Source: an uncultured virus (IMG/VR IMGVR_UViG_3300028569_000010) (taxonomy: Duplodnaviria; Heunggongvirae; Uroviricota; Caudoviricetes). From it: DNA of 64,000 nt. Of this stretch, positions 48,601 to 57,094 are shown piece by piece. A model generated the notes under the pieces. The model saw nothing but the letters and a program-made list of their open reading frames with translations, did not search any database and had not been told where the DNA came from. Made by a program: the position numbers and the translations under genes. The stretch lies in the IMG/VR virus record IMGVR_UViG_3300028569_000010; one strand, given 5' to 3'. The number at the start of each line of letters is the position of its first letter. Position 1 is the first letter of the stretch.

Positions 48601-51600
48601 GGTAATGGTAGCAACACCAGCAACAGCACCTAAAGAAGAAAACAGTTTTTCAAATCCAACAGAAGAACTAGATATTCCAAAGAATTTTCCGACTTTTTCA
48701 TCTAATGTAGCTCCTACCTTAGCAAAAGTTTCACCTAATTTTTGTGGTATTGTAGCTATATCGCTAAAGCCTTTTATTTCAATACCAGCTACTGATTCTA
48801 ATATAGAAAGAGAACTACTAATAGCTGTAACAGAAGATAATGCGGCACTTGCAATGCGAGTAAACGCATCATCAGTACCACCAGCAGTTTGTATTAATCC
48901 ATTTAAAGCAGCACTAGCGCCAGTAAGAGCTTGACTAAACGTAAACATACTCTTATTAGATTTTTCGCCACCGCCACTGGCTGGTGTGCCAGAAGGAGCG
49001 CCAGCGTCTGGTGTCCCAGCAGGAGTACCACCGGCTGGAGTGCCACCCGATGGTATTGGAAACGGGAATGGAGTATCGCCGCGCCTTCTAGCTTCTGCAT
49101 CAAAACCTGCGGGTTGGCCACCAAATCTATATTCCATTTTTTCTTTAGCTATATCTTTTCTGCTTCTAGCGTCATCTAAAGCATTACGAGAGCTTTCTTC
49201 ATCTTTAGTAGCTTGATCTATGGTGTCAGCTAATCTGCTATAAGCAGTAACTAAAGTATCCATTTCTTTTTCAACTTCTTTTAGCTTTTGAGCAATTACA
49301 AGAGATTCATTTCCAGTTGCTGTTTTTGCTTGTTCTTTAAGCGTTTCTCTAACGTCATATAAATTGCCAATCTTTTCTCCATACGCTCCACCGCCATCCG
49401 AAAACCTAACTCTACCACCCTTATTCAATCCCAAAGCCTTAGTAGCTTTTGCTCTAACAATAAAACTACCAACTGGTAAATTAGCAGGAATACTATCACT
49501 AGTACCAGTTCCCGGCCCCTTGAATACGCTAATACCACCACCACCAGAGAATCCACTCATTCCATTACGGTCAGCTTGATTCATTCTATTTAACTTACCA
49601 TAACCAATTTTCTTAGCAATTTGTGGTGGAACATAAGCTTCACCATTACTTACTAAGGCTGGCACCGTACCGCCAGTTTCAAAACCAAGGCGACCACCAT
49701 TAGCTCTGCTAAAATACTGTAAAGCCATTGCTCCACTATTAGCATTATCTCCCATGCGTATAACAGAGTTTTTATCGTTAATTAACGATGGAGATTTACT
49801 ATAACCGCTTTGTAAAATCCAAGCCGGATCAGTTGGGGCTGGCCAAGTTTCAGGCTTACCGTAAAGTTTAGGATCAATGGCAGCTTGGTTTCTTGTCCAA
49901 TCATCTGGTTTAAGTGGAGTTTTCTTTACGTCACCCCTATTCTTAAAATAGTATTCCCAAACCTTTTTAGCTGCACCGCTTACGCTACTCCTATCAGAAG
50001 TTAACATGGCCCCCTTAGATGTAGCTTCTTCCATAACAGTATCATATAATTTTGGCCCATACCCTTGAGTTGCTTTAGATAATCCAACATAATATAAATA
50101 ATCGCGCATTTTATATGCTGATACATATCCTTCTCTTTGATCGTTCTTAAAGTATGAAGCATTGATTGTATTACCATCAGAACGTAATCCTATTTTACCA
50201 TAATTTTTCTCTTTTTTAGCTGGTACTTCTTCTGATGGTTTTCTGTTACCGTAAAGACCTTTCATTAATCCTTGCATTTGATCCGTAGAATCAGCTAATC
50301 CACCAACAGAGTATGACTGTCTTTGTATTCCAGCATTTCCTAATAATTCATTTAGTGTAGCATCAAGAGTTGAGGATAATACTCCATCAAGCTTATTTGC
50401 ATTTTGTACAAGTGTGGTTAAAAATTCTTCCTTTCCACTATCTTCTATTCTATCAATATATGATTGTTTTAAACCATTATTTAATAAAGTTTGATTTATG
50501 TCTGGATTGAGTGGCTTAAATTCACGCGCTTTTTTTATACCCATAGACTTTACCCACAGACCCAAAGCTTCTTGATGGGCAGTTTCGCTATTGGGTGTTG
50601 TTTCAAGCTTGTTTTTATTGGAACTAATAATATTATTTAGATTAGAAACTTTATAAGATTTACCATATACAACATCAGCACTTGAGTAGCTGCTATTAAG
50701 AGCATCAAAAGCCTCTGAAAGATCATCGTTATCTCCTGTGAATAACTGAAGAACTCGCTCTTTGTATTTTGTGAAACTCTCAGCGTTTCTAGTTCTTAAT
50801 CCATTAATTAGTTGGTGAGTCATTTCGTGATAGAGAGTGCTACTATCACCACCAGTTGAAGATGATCTAAAGGGGTCAGATGTTCTAACTGATATTGAAC
50901 CACGACCAGTTTTCGCGGCTTTACCTTGTATGTCTTGGATAGTTTGTTCTAAAGCCGTAGATTTCAAGGAAGAAACTTTTCCATAGTTGTTTTGCGCAGC
51001 CCCGAGTTCGTCCCATACGGCCCTGGCGGCTTCTGTATCATAGCTAAAACTCCCATCATCATAAGTCTTTACGGGAGTCTTGGTAATTTTATCAGCCTGT
51101 TTTCTTTTTTCTTCTATTAATTTTTTATATCCATATAAATCTTGTTCGTGAGCTTTTGTAAATCCGGCTCCAGATACATCAAGTGATTCTACTCCTCTTG
51201 AAGTCATACCAGTTCTATCAAATTGACCCAAACTTTTTAGATTAGGAACAAAGTCTATAATTTTTGGTAGAGCCAAGTCGATGTTTTCACTAGGCAAACC
51301 AATTAACTTTGTAAAGTCTGCCATATCTTGATAAAGTGAGTCTCTTTTTATTTTGCCAGTAAAAGTGGACAGGAATCTATTTTTATCAAAGGGCTTATCA
51401 TGAGCTTCTCTTACTTTATTCGCATCAATTGACATTGTTTCGTTTTTTGGAGAAGAGTATGTATTATTAAATATTTGTTCAGACGCTTTCTTAAGCTGGG
51501 CGTCTCTTATCTCTCGCTCATAAGCATTAGAAATTCTTTTTGGAAATTCTGTTGTACCAGTTCCAAAGCCAACTTTACCAGCTTTGGCAAATTTTCTAAC

Positions 51601-54600
51601 AGTACCACCACTATTATAACCCATCACATTCTTAAGATAAGTAACAATATTATCTTTAATAGTCGAGGGGCCAGATAGAGTTCTCTTAACGTCGGTAGGA
51701 ACATTTGGATCTATATTAAAATATTTAGCAGCGCCTTGCAATCCTTCTGGAAAATCAAATCCTTTACCCTTAACAGCGCCGGGGCCACCAAGTTGTTGAA
51801 TTATTTGCTCAATTAATCCACCCTGAATTGTCGCATTAGTATTAGCATTTAATCCCTGAAGGGGGCTTTGTGTAACAGGTGATTTGGACTTTCCAGCCGT
51901 AACTATATCAGTACCTTGACTAATAATATTACTAACGCCTTGACTCATAGTAGTGCTAAGTCTTGTAGCTGTAGCTTGATCCATTACTCCGCTAATAACT
52001 CTAACCATTCTTGAGCTAGATAATTTATCAGATTCAATTTTAATATTTTTAGCTGCAAAAGCTTTTCCAAATAATCCAGCAGCACCAAATTCTAGTCCCT
52101 TTCCTCTCAACTTAGTTGTCTGAGCTTTAGCTGATGCCCCTTGGCGTTTTACCTTTTGAACATAAGCTTCTTTTACAGCATCTTTTACCTTTTGTTCTTC
52201 TGGGGTCAATTCTCTTCTCAAGCCCATAATATCATATGTTTTAATCTGATCTACGCCAGAAGCAACAGCGGCCTCATCTCTGGATAAAACTTTAAATATA
52301 TCGCTTCTACTATTTGGGGCCACAATTTCTTTAGCTTCCTGCGGAACACTAACTTGTTCAGATTTTACTTCTTTATCAACAGCGTCCTTAACTTTTTGTA
52401 AAGTTGGAGATAACTGTATTCCATCACCATTAAAAGATAAACCGGGTCTAAAATAAGAAGATGACTTACTAGAATCAACGATGTGTTGTTTGACAGAATC
52501 TTCAGTAACTGGTATATCTATTGGCTCTTTTCTTGATGCATCTAAACCATATATATCTGGATATCTATCACTTATAATTCTAATGAGTTCGTGGGCTGGA
52601 TCTAAGAAAGTATCTCTTTGGAATATATCTCTATTTTTTCTTAGTGAAGTAATTTGCTTAACTAAATTGGGATGAGCTTCCTTAAATTTAGGAGTCATTC
52701 TTGTGAACGGGCCACCAGAAGCGTTTTGTAATATTCCATCTACTTGTTCATTTACCTTACTTGTATTTGCCTGTGTGAATATATCTAAAGCTTGTTGTAC
52801 TAGTGGAACCATCATCCTGCGATTACGCAATTGTGGTTGATTAGATTTAATAGCAGAACCAACCTTTGGCAATACCGCTAAATCTAATTTAGCGTAATCT
52901 TTATCAATTACAGCTTGCCTTGTGGCTGTACCGCTAATACTATCACCCTCAGTATCAGCTGATCTAGCTATATTATATGGAGTTAATCCAGCAGATCTAT
53001 ATCTTTCCATTACGCCTTCTGGATTTTCATTTTCTGCTTTAGATATGACAACTGGGGCATCTTTTTCCATTACGGCAAATCTTCTTCGACCAGTAGCACC
53101 CTTCTCAATTTCAGCAATTCGTGAATTAATACCAGTTTGTGATGGACTATTAGCAGATGATATCATCATCTCTGGTAAAGCTAATTTAATTAAATCTCTT
53201 CTAAATGACGCCGGATATTCCCCATATCTTGAACCATGCTCTCTACCTTGCGATCCGCCATCTAAAGATAAATCTGGGGCAAGAGCAAATAATAAATCTT
53301 TGTGGGTTGCGTCTGGATATTTTTCTCTTACCTTTTCAAGCAATGTACCTACAGCACTTTCAGCGTGTCCTCTAGTTAATGGAGAGGCGGCACCTGGAAA
53401 TTGACCTTTAGCACTAGCAAGTTCTGGTAATTCTTCTAGACGCTTTCTTCTTATTTGAAAGCGTGGAGTGCCTGCTTGGTCAGTTTTTTCACCAAGAGTC
53501 ATGACCTTACCTTTATTGGTACGATCTTCTGTTGTGCCAAATTGTGATATTAGTGACGCTGTTTGTAAACCATAGTCTGAATTCAAACCTTCGGTAGTTC
53601 CTGTTTCTCTACCATATAAAGTAGGATCTTTTTGAAGGTTGCGTTGTCTTTCAAATAACTTAACTAATTTTTGTTCATCTTCAGTAGAAGAATCTTTTAC
53701 GTAAATTCTATCAGCCATTCCCATATAGTCTAGCTTAGACTCTTTTAGAGTGGTTGTCAACGACATTACTTGATCAACATCTTTTAAATCATCTGGATGT
53801 AAAATTTGTTTTCTAGTTGTTTTCCTCAATGTGGCATTATCGTTAGCTCCACGACCAGTAGCGACACTACTTTTGCGATTAGCAGCAGCACCAGCCATAA
53901 CGCTAAACCTGCCCAATGCTCCAGACTGCCTTGCTTCTCCAGCTAGTTTAGATAACTTAATGCCATAATCAGCTTCAGACTTAGCATCTAATAACTTCAT
54001 GCCTTCAGCTACTCTTGCTGCATTTTTCTTATCTCTAAGAACGTCAGTATCTATAATTCCAACTCTGCGTTGAGCAACACCACCTTCTTCAAATCTTTGA
54101 ACAATGCCACCTGAATTTAAACCAATTTCTTTTTTAAGATTAGGATCTATTTGATAAAGAATAGTGCTACCTATATTAACTGGAGGTTTATCGTCTATAG
54201 ATGATGTAAAACCTTTTGGCAAACCAGAGTATTTTATTGTATGTCTTAATCTTTTTGCTAATATTGTTTCATCTGATGTTGGGTCTTTCCTAAATCTAAC
54301 TTCTATAGGATCTCCCCCGCCAACAAAATCTAAAGGATCATATTTATTTTTTGTCTTTCTATATCCAGATTTATTTTCTACTTTGGTTAAGTATGCTCCG
54401 ATAAAATCTTCAAAAGCTAAACCTTTTCCAAATGAGAATTCTTTGGTTCTTCCAGATTCTGTGAATTTTGTTTTAGCGTTAGAAGCTATTTGTGAAGCAA
54501 AAGTTTTTTTGGGATTGCTTGATTCGTTATAATATTTTTGAATTTTTTCTTCATCAATAGTTTTTCTATCAATATTGCCTAATATTTTATCTTTCTGATT

Positions 54601-56196
54601 TAACTCTTTATATCTAAGCATATAAGATTTAATAGGCTTACCGCTAGGAGCATCAGAAGCTTTTTCTACTGTTATAGGTCCACCCTTAGCTCTATTATTC
54701 ATTTTTACCAAATTACCAGCACCATACTTTTGTACAGCTGCACGATTCATAACAACTTCACCGGGAGTCAACATCGCCGGTACGCTATCTCTATTACCAA
54801 CACCGGGAACCATGCCACCCTTTTCAAAACCCAGCACTCTACCACCATTACTAAATCTACCAGAAGCCATTCCACGCGGTATAGAAGTCAAGAAACTACC
54901 TATGCCACGACTGATGTTAATAGCCATCATTGCGGTAAGAAGTGGAATAACTGGTGTTAAAGCTTCACCAATCTTTATAAAAGCAGAGGCAAGATTTAAT
55001 GCAGTATTAACGAATAATTGGAAACCGCGACTTTCTGTTACGCCTCTAATAAAAGCAAGAAACTCTTCTTTTACTTTGGTGATACGAATGGCTAGTGCTT
55101 GCTGTGCGGTTATGGCGTTTGTTGTTAAACCATCGCCAGCTTTTTGGGCGACATTTAATGCTTGTTGAGCAATAGCAAATTGTTGTAAGAGTGGAAGAAC
55201 TTTACCAATCTGTCTAAATCCGCCTAACTCTTCAGCAATGCGTATAAACGTTAAGTCTCCTTCTCCTAAACCATTTAATGCAGCACTTAATCTTTTAACT
55301 GCTTCAAATGGGCCAACGAATCTACCCTCTAGATCAACTAGTTCGATACCGAACTGTTTTAAGTACTCAATAGTCTTTGGTCTTTGTATACGTGTAAAAA
55401 TTGTTCTTAAGCCAGTACCAATACTCTCTGCACTTTCGCGCGTAGTAGCTCTTACGCTAGTAAAGAGGGCGAGAAGTTCATTAAGATCACCACCAGATGA
55501 TTTAAACACGCCACCAGTTCTTCTAATAACGTCAATTAAGTCAGCAGCTTCAACGGCAAATGCACCAGCGACGGCATCTATAGAAGATAGTTGACCTTCT
55601 AATGCCTGAACACCTAAACCGAACTGTGCCAAAATAGCAATAGCACCTTCAGTAGTTTCTGTAATACTATCAAAGTTAGGGGCTAATGCTGCCTTGGCTA
55701 ATGTTCTTAAAGCAATAGCGGTCTCGTTAGCAGATAAACCGGCCTGCTTTAGAATAGTAGATACTTCAAGCAAAGATTTAGACTCTACGCCCAAACTAGT
55801 AGCAAGTTCAGTTATAGTAGAAGTTAAACCTTTTAACGAAGCTATACTTTGATTACTTACCTGTGCAACTTTAATTAATTGTCTTTCAAATTCTATAGCA
55901 TCTCTAATAGCGCCAGCTAAACCGTTAGTAAATAATCCTACCGCCCGTGTGGCTATAGAAAATGAAGCGAATCGTTTTAACGAAACACCAAAAGCTGTTC
56001 CCATACGTTCTGCCGCAGTTGTGGCATCGTTGGTAGCAGCCCTAATTTGATTTATTTGTCTAGTAGCAGACGCAGCATTCTGTACATTGACGGGTATATT
56101 TACACCCGCCAATTGGCTTTGAATCTGATTTACTACTTGACGAATATTACTTGGTGCTTGTAGTTGTAATTGGGCAGTCAAAACAAATCTGGACAT
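45625..56196 (-). CDS. Tail tape measure protein with inserted enzyme-like domains (3523 aa)
   Basis: N-terminal TP901-type TMP core (FERQLIKVAQV..QAGL..ESIGTGLRTIFTR), Ala/Gly-rich hydrophobic helices near 48250-48900, coiled coils, D[ST]VPAMLTPGE.V motifs; follows the tail tube and chaperone genes. Confidence 0.92.
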   Translation of the reverse strand: MSRFVLTAQLQLQAPSNIRQVVNQIQSQLAGVNIPVNVQNAASATRQINQIRAATNDATTAAERMGTAFGVSLKRFASFSIATRAVGLFTNGLAGAIRDAIEFERQLIKVAQVSNQSIASLKGLTSTITELATSLGVESKSLLEVSTILKQAGLSANETAIALRTLAKAALAPNFDSITETTEGAIAILAQFGLGVQALEGQLSSIDAVAGAFAVEAADLIDVIRRTGGVFKSSGGDLNELLALFTSVRATTRESAESIGTGLRTIFTRIQRPKTIEYLKQFGIELVDLEGRFVGPFEAVKRLSAALNGLGEGDLTFIRIAEELGGFRQIGKVLPLLQQFAIAQQALNVAQKAGDGLTTNAITAQQALAIRITKVKEEFLAFIRGVTESRGFQLFVNTALNLASAFIKIGEALTPVIPLLTAMMAINISRGIGSFLTSIPRGMASGRFSNGGRVLGFEKGGMVPGVGNRDSVPAMLTPGEVVMNRAAVQKYGAGNLVKMNNRAKGGPITVEKASDAPSGKPIKSYMLRYKELNQKDKILGNIDRKTIDEEKIQKYYNESSNPKKTFASQIASNAKTKFTESGRTKEFSFGKGLAFEDFIGAYLTKVENKSGYRKTKNKYDPLDFVGGGDPIEVRFRKDPTSDETILAKRLRHTIKYSGLPKGFTSSIDDKPPVNIGSTILYQIDPNLKKEIGLNSGGIVQRFEEGGVAQRRVGIIDTDVLRDKKNAARVAEGMKLLDAKSEADYGIKLSKLAGEARQSGALGRFSVMAGAAANRKSSVATGRGANDNATLRKTTRKQILHPDDLKDVDQVMSLTTTLKESKLDYMGMADRIYVKDSSTEDEQKLVKLFERQRNLQKDPTLYGRETGTTEGLNSDYGLQTASLISQFGTTEDRTNKGKVMTLGEKTDQAGTPRFQIRRKRLEELPELASAKGQFPGAASPLTRGHAESAVGTLLEKVREKYPDATHKDLLFALAPDLSLDGGSQGREHGSRYGEYPASFRRDLIKLALPEMMISSANSPSQTGINSRIAEIEKGATGRRRFAVMEKDAPVVISKAENENPEGVMERYRSAGLTPYNIARSADTEGDSISGTATRQAVIDKDYAKLDLAVLPKVGSAIKSNQPQLRNRRMMVPLVQQALDIFTQANTSKVNEQVDGILQNASGGPFTRMTPKFKEAHPNLVKQITSLRKNRDIFQRDTFLDPAHELIRIISDRYPDIYGLDASRKEPIDIPVTEDSVKQHIVDSSKSSSYFRPGLSFNGDGIQLSPTLQKVKDAVDKEVKSEQVSVPQEAKEIVAPNSRSDIFKVLSRDEAAVASGVDQIKTYDIMGLRRELTPEEQKVKDAVKEAYVQKVKRQGASAKAQTTKLRGKGLEFGAAGLFGKAFAAKNIKIESDKLSSSRMVRVISGVMDQATATRLSTTMSQGVSNIISQGTDIVTAGKSKSPVTQSPLQGLNANTNATIQGGLIEQIIQQLGGPGAVKGKGFDFPEGLQGAAKYFNIDPNVPTDVKRTLSGPSTIKDNIVTYLKNVMGYNSGGTVRKFAKAGKVGFGTGTTEFPKRISNAYEREIRDAQLKKASEQIFNNTYSSPKNETMSIDANKVREAHDKPFDKNRFLSTFTGKIKRDSLYQDMADFTKLIGLPSENIDLALPKIIDFVPNLKSLGQFDRTGMTSRGVESLDVSGAGFTKAHEQDLYGYKKLIEEKRKQADKITKTPVKTYDDGSFSYDTEAARAVWDELGAAQNNYGKVSSLKSTALEQTIQDIQGKAAKTGRGSISVRTSDPFRSSSTGGDSSTLYHEMTHQLINGLRTRNAESFTKYKERVLQLFTGDNDDLSEAFDALNSSYSSADVVYGKSYKVSNLNNIISSNKNKLETTPNSETAHQEALGLWVKSMGIKKAREFKPLNPDINQTLLNNGLKQSYIDRIEDSGKEEFLTTLVQNANKLDGVLSSTLDATLNELLGNAGIQRQSYSVGGLADSTDQMQGLMKGLYGNRKPSEEVPAKKEKNYGKIGLRSDGNTINASYFKNDQREGYVSAYKMRDYLYYVGLSKATQGYGPKLYDTVMEEATSKGAMLTSDRSSVSGAAKKVWEYYFKNRGDVKKTPLKPDDWTRNQAAIDPKLYGKPETWPAPTDPAWILQSGYSKSPSLINDKNSVIRMGDNANSGAMALQYFSRANGGRLGFETGGTVPALVSNGEAYVPPQIAKKIGYGKLNRMNQADRNGMSGFSGGGGISVFKGPGTGTSDSIPANLPVGSFIVRAKATKALGLNKGGRVRFSDGGGAYGEKIGNLYDVRETLKEQAKTATGNESLVIAQKLKEVEKEMDTLVTAYSRLADTIDQATKDEESSRNALDDARSRKDIAKEKMEYRFGGQPAGFDAEARRRGDTPFPFPIPSGGTPAGGTPAGTPDAGAPSGTPASGGGEKSNKSMFTFSQALTGASAALNGLIQTAGGTDDAFTRIASAALSSVTAISSSLSILESVAGIEIKGFSDIATIPQKLGETFAKVGATLDEKVGKFFGISSSSVGFEKLFSSLGAVAGVATITASAFSAAAGILYSTSTTVAEYDKAMADGNIALVGTLSARKTAEEDIINSGGIFAGGIVAVAAIVPLFLASVTSMIPPLAGLSTALYSLVVPLAIAAAAIVGIGAIVLYATGNLENFANGTRDILSSLTGGWIQSTSTIQQFAQATAATSHTMKLMQDQAKQTTQALKDLSEGRKSAKEVLNQFSGQAQSVANAQSMATRLPQDTAKEKKDRDESIKKANENKDKVLSEAAPAINAQARNIAVAGGNFADFFASLPKELQAVYNQNPAELKLLKEAFGNTAKEVEIARKQFEAMNLGLRNVTSVTGAAVNSVTNFTAGLQAGNLAVAQSANTLTAALTAAGANISQNDFNNALNDVTGTMQSLGASDQQVAKFKDNLTALAQVQRNAGGIFDQLKEDIKAGGFTNMSPEAAGDKFRTLVDQQLKDSGIGDEARKRIGDALGDIEIGDKEREQIAAGDYSFLLKKLDEAGVGMTKEVNQMISDLQKVNSELNTLYKQRIESERSFVEAQRQSIALNLEGLEIQSKYGGRAVTPEIKRQAAIESANAGRRIAGVGDIRGSDPASLRAGLNQIRGNFAALEQKALQGKVSGQQGVKDEAIRENLKKAQQDQVKLIRDLISAEEEQLKLTKEKNKLEKDSLESLLAGDIDKFFEQQAAVGATAAIGTGNQAAINQFGGQALGGAYQNLQRQKEAGVTELFGQRIAGAGGLLESSATASLGSRGIQNPRMAQILAGTTQEEEASNRRLREYGGLLGEAGATGAEMAAMEVSRAEMNIATAELKIQNAGLNTDILNNQPQNRSRGGIVYASKGQLINFVPKGTDTVPAMLTPGEFVVNRGAVNRGDNLSFLRSINNGQYTANAQRLNNNPSSIPNIFKQLTSSPQSLQTQDTQNKVVQNERNISNVNFDVQKLSKQLGKFMSGFDGFMENFSEQVGKLGNTEVSHKLGDVNLNINGGQFLQSMADGLKQQLMEDLGQKLQGVKVNNVGNIKFGRTSVL
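48965..49060 (-). repeat. Low-complexity GTPA-type peptide repeat linker in the TMP
   Basis: PSGGTPAGGTPAGTPDAGAPSGTPASGGG; locally GC-rich. Confidence 0.7.
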
Positions 56197-56227
56197 TTTA
56201 TTCTCCGTGAAATGACTGCACTATCTA

Positions 56228-57091
56228 TTAACTGTCCGCTTCTTTTTTCTTTGATGACTTCTTCTTTGTTTTCTCTTTTACTTCGGTAGAAACTGATTCA
56301 GATTCTTCGTCCGTATATTCAGCCTGTAAAGCTAAAGCTCCGTCAGAATCTAATATGTGGCCTTCCATGTCTACTCTCTTTCCATCTTCGTTTAAGTAAT
56401 AACCCTCGTTATCTATTCTTTTACCGTCTATGTCTACTAGGTTATTCTCTGCATCCACCAAACTTAAATCACCATTGACAAAGTTAAACTTTCTAAGAAA
56501 TTTATTCTCTGGAAGTTTTTCTTCGAACTCTTTGTCTATAGAATACATCATTTGAGCTAAAGCATTAGCGGCAGCATAAGCTACTTCATCGTCCGCTTTT
56601 ACGTTGTAATCTTCTAGAGAATTATACACTTTTGTATTACCATCTTCAAGATATACGCAGTTAGCAACTAGAAAATCGAACTTAGAATTTTCAGATAAAG
56701 CTTCAGCAGTATTTTGCTCAAGACTTAATCTTTCAGATATAAGGTTACGTAGCATTAATCTAAGTCTACGCATAGAAATTGCAATTTCTTTACCGCGCTT
56801 TTTAGTTAACTTACCATCTGTACCTAGAGCGAGTTCTCTTTCTAAATTAGATATAGAATCAACTAAAGCCTGCTGCTGTTGATCTTTTTCAGAATCCCAA
56901 ATGTTTCTATTACGCATAAAAACTTCTAATTCTTTCTTTGTCATAATGCCATCGCGTGTACAGTTTGTCCACACTTTAGCACCAAGCAATTGGGCGTCTG
57001 ATAGCAACTTGTTACTTGGTTTCTTGACTAAAACCTTCTTAACTGTTCCATCTTCCAATTTAACTTCAACTTGTCTCTGTTTTTCTTTCAT
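56228..57091 (-). CDS. Putative tail assembly chaperone (paralog 2)
   Basis: Immediately upstream of the TMP; helical; similar to 57421..58455; C-terminal D-x-[DE]-G repeats. Confidence 0.6.
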   Translation of the reverse strand: MKEKQRQVEVKLEDGTVKKVLVKKPSNKLLSDAQLLGAKVWTNCTRDGIMTKKELEVFMRNRNIWDSEKDQQQQALVDSISNLERELALGTDGKLTKKRGKEIAISMRRLRLMLRNLISERLSLEQNTAEALSENSKFDFLVANCVYLEDGNTKVYNSLEDYNVKADDEVAYAAANALAQMMYSIDKEFEEKLPENKFLRKFNFVNGDLSLVDAENNLVDIDGKRIDNEGYYLNEDGKRVDMEGHILDSDGALALQAEYTDEESESVSTEVKEKTKKKSSKKKEADS

Positions 57092-57094
57092 TTT

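Noticed and set aside
45998..55594. Antisense ORFs on the + strand inside the TMP (e.g. 48188..48934, 52922..53404)
   Set aside because: These are shadow ORFs of Ala/Gly-rich coding sequence, with no recognisable motifs. The same applies to the short antisense ORFs elsewhere in the track.
45625..56196. Estimating tail length from the full TMP length
   Set aside because: About half of the protein is non-TMP cassette sequence whose location in the virion is unknown, so the usual proportionality cannot be applied.
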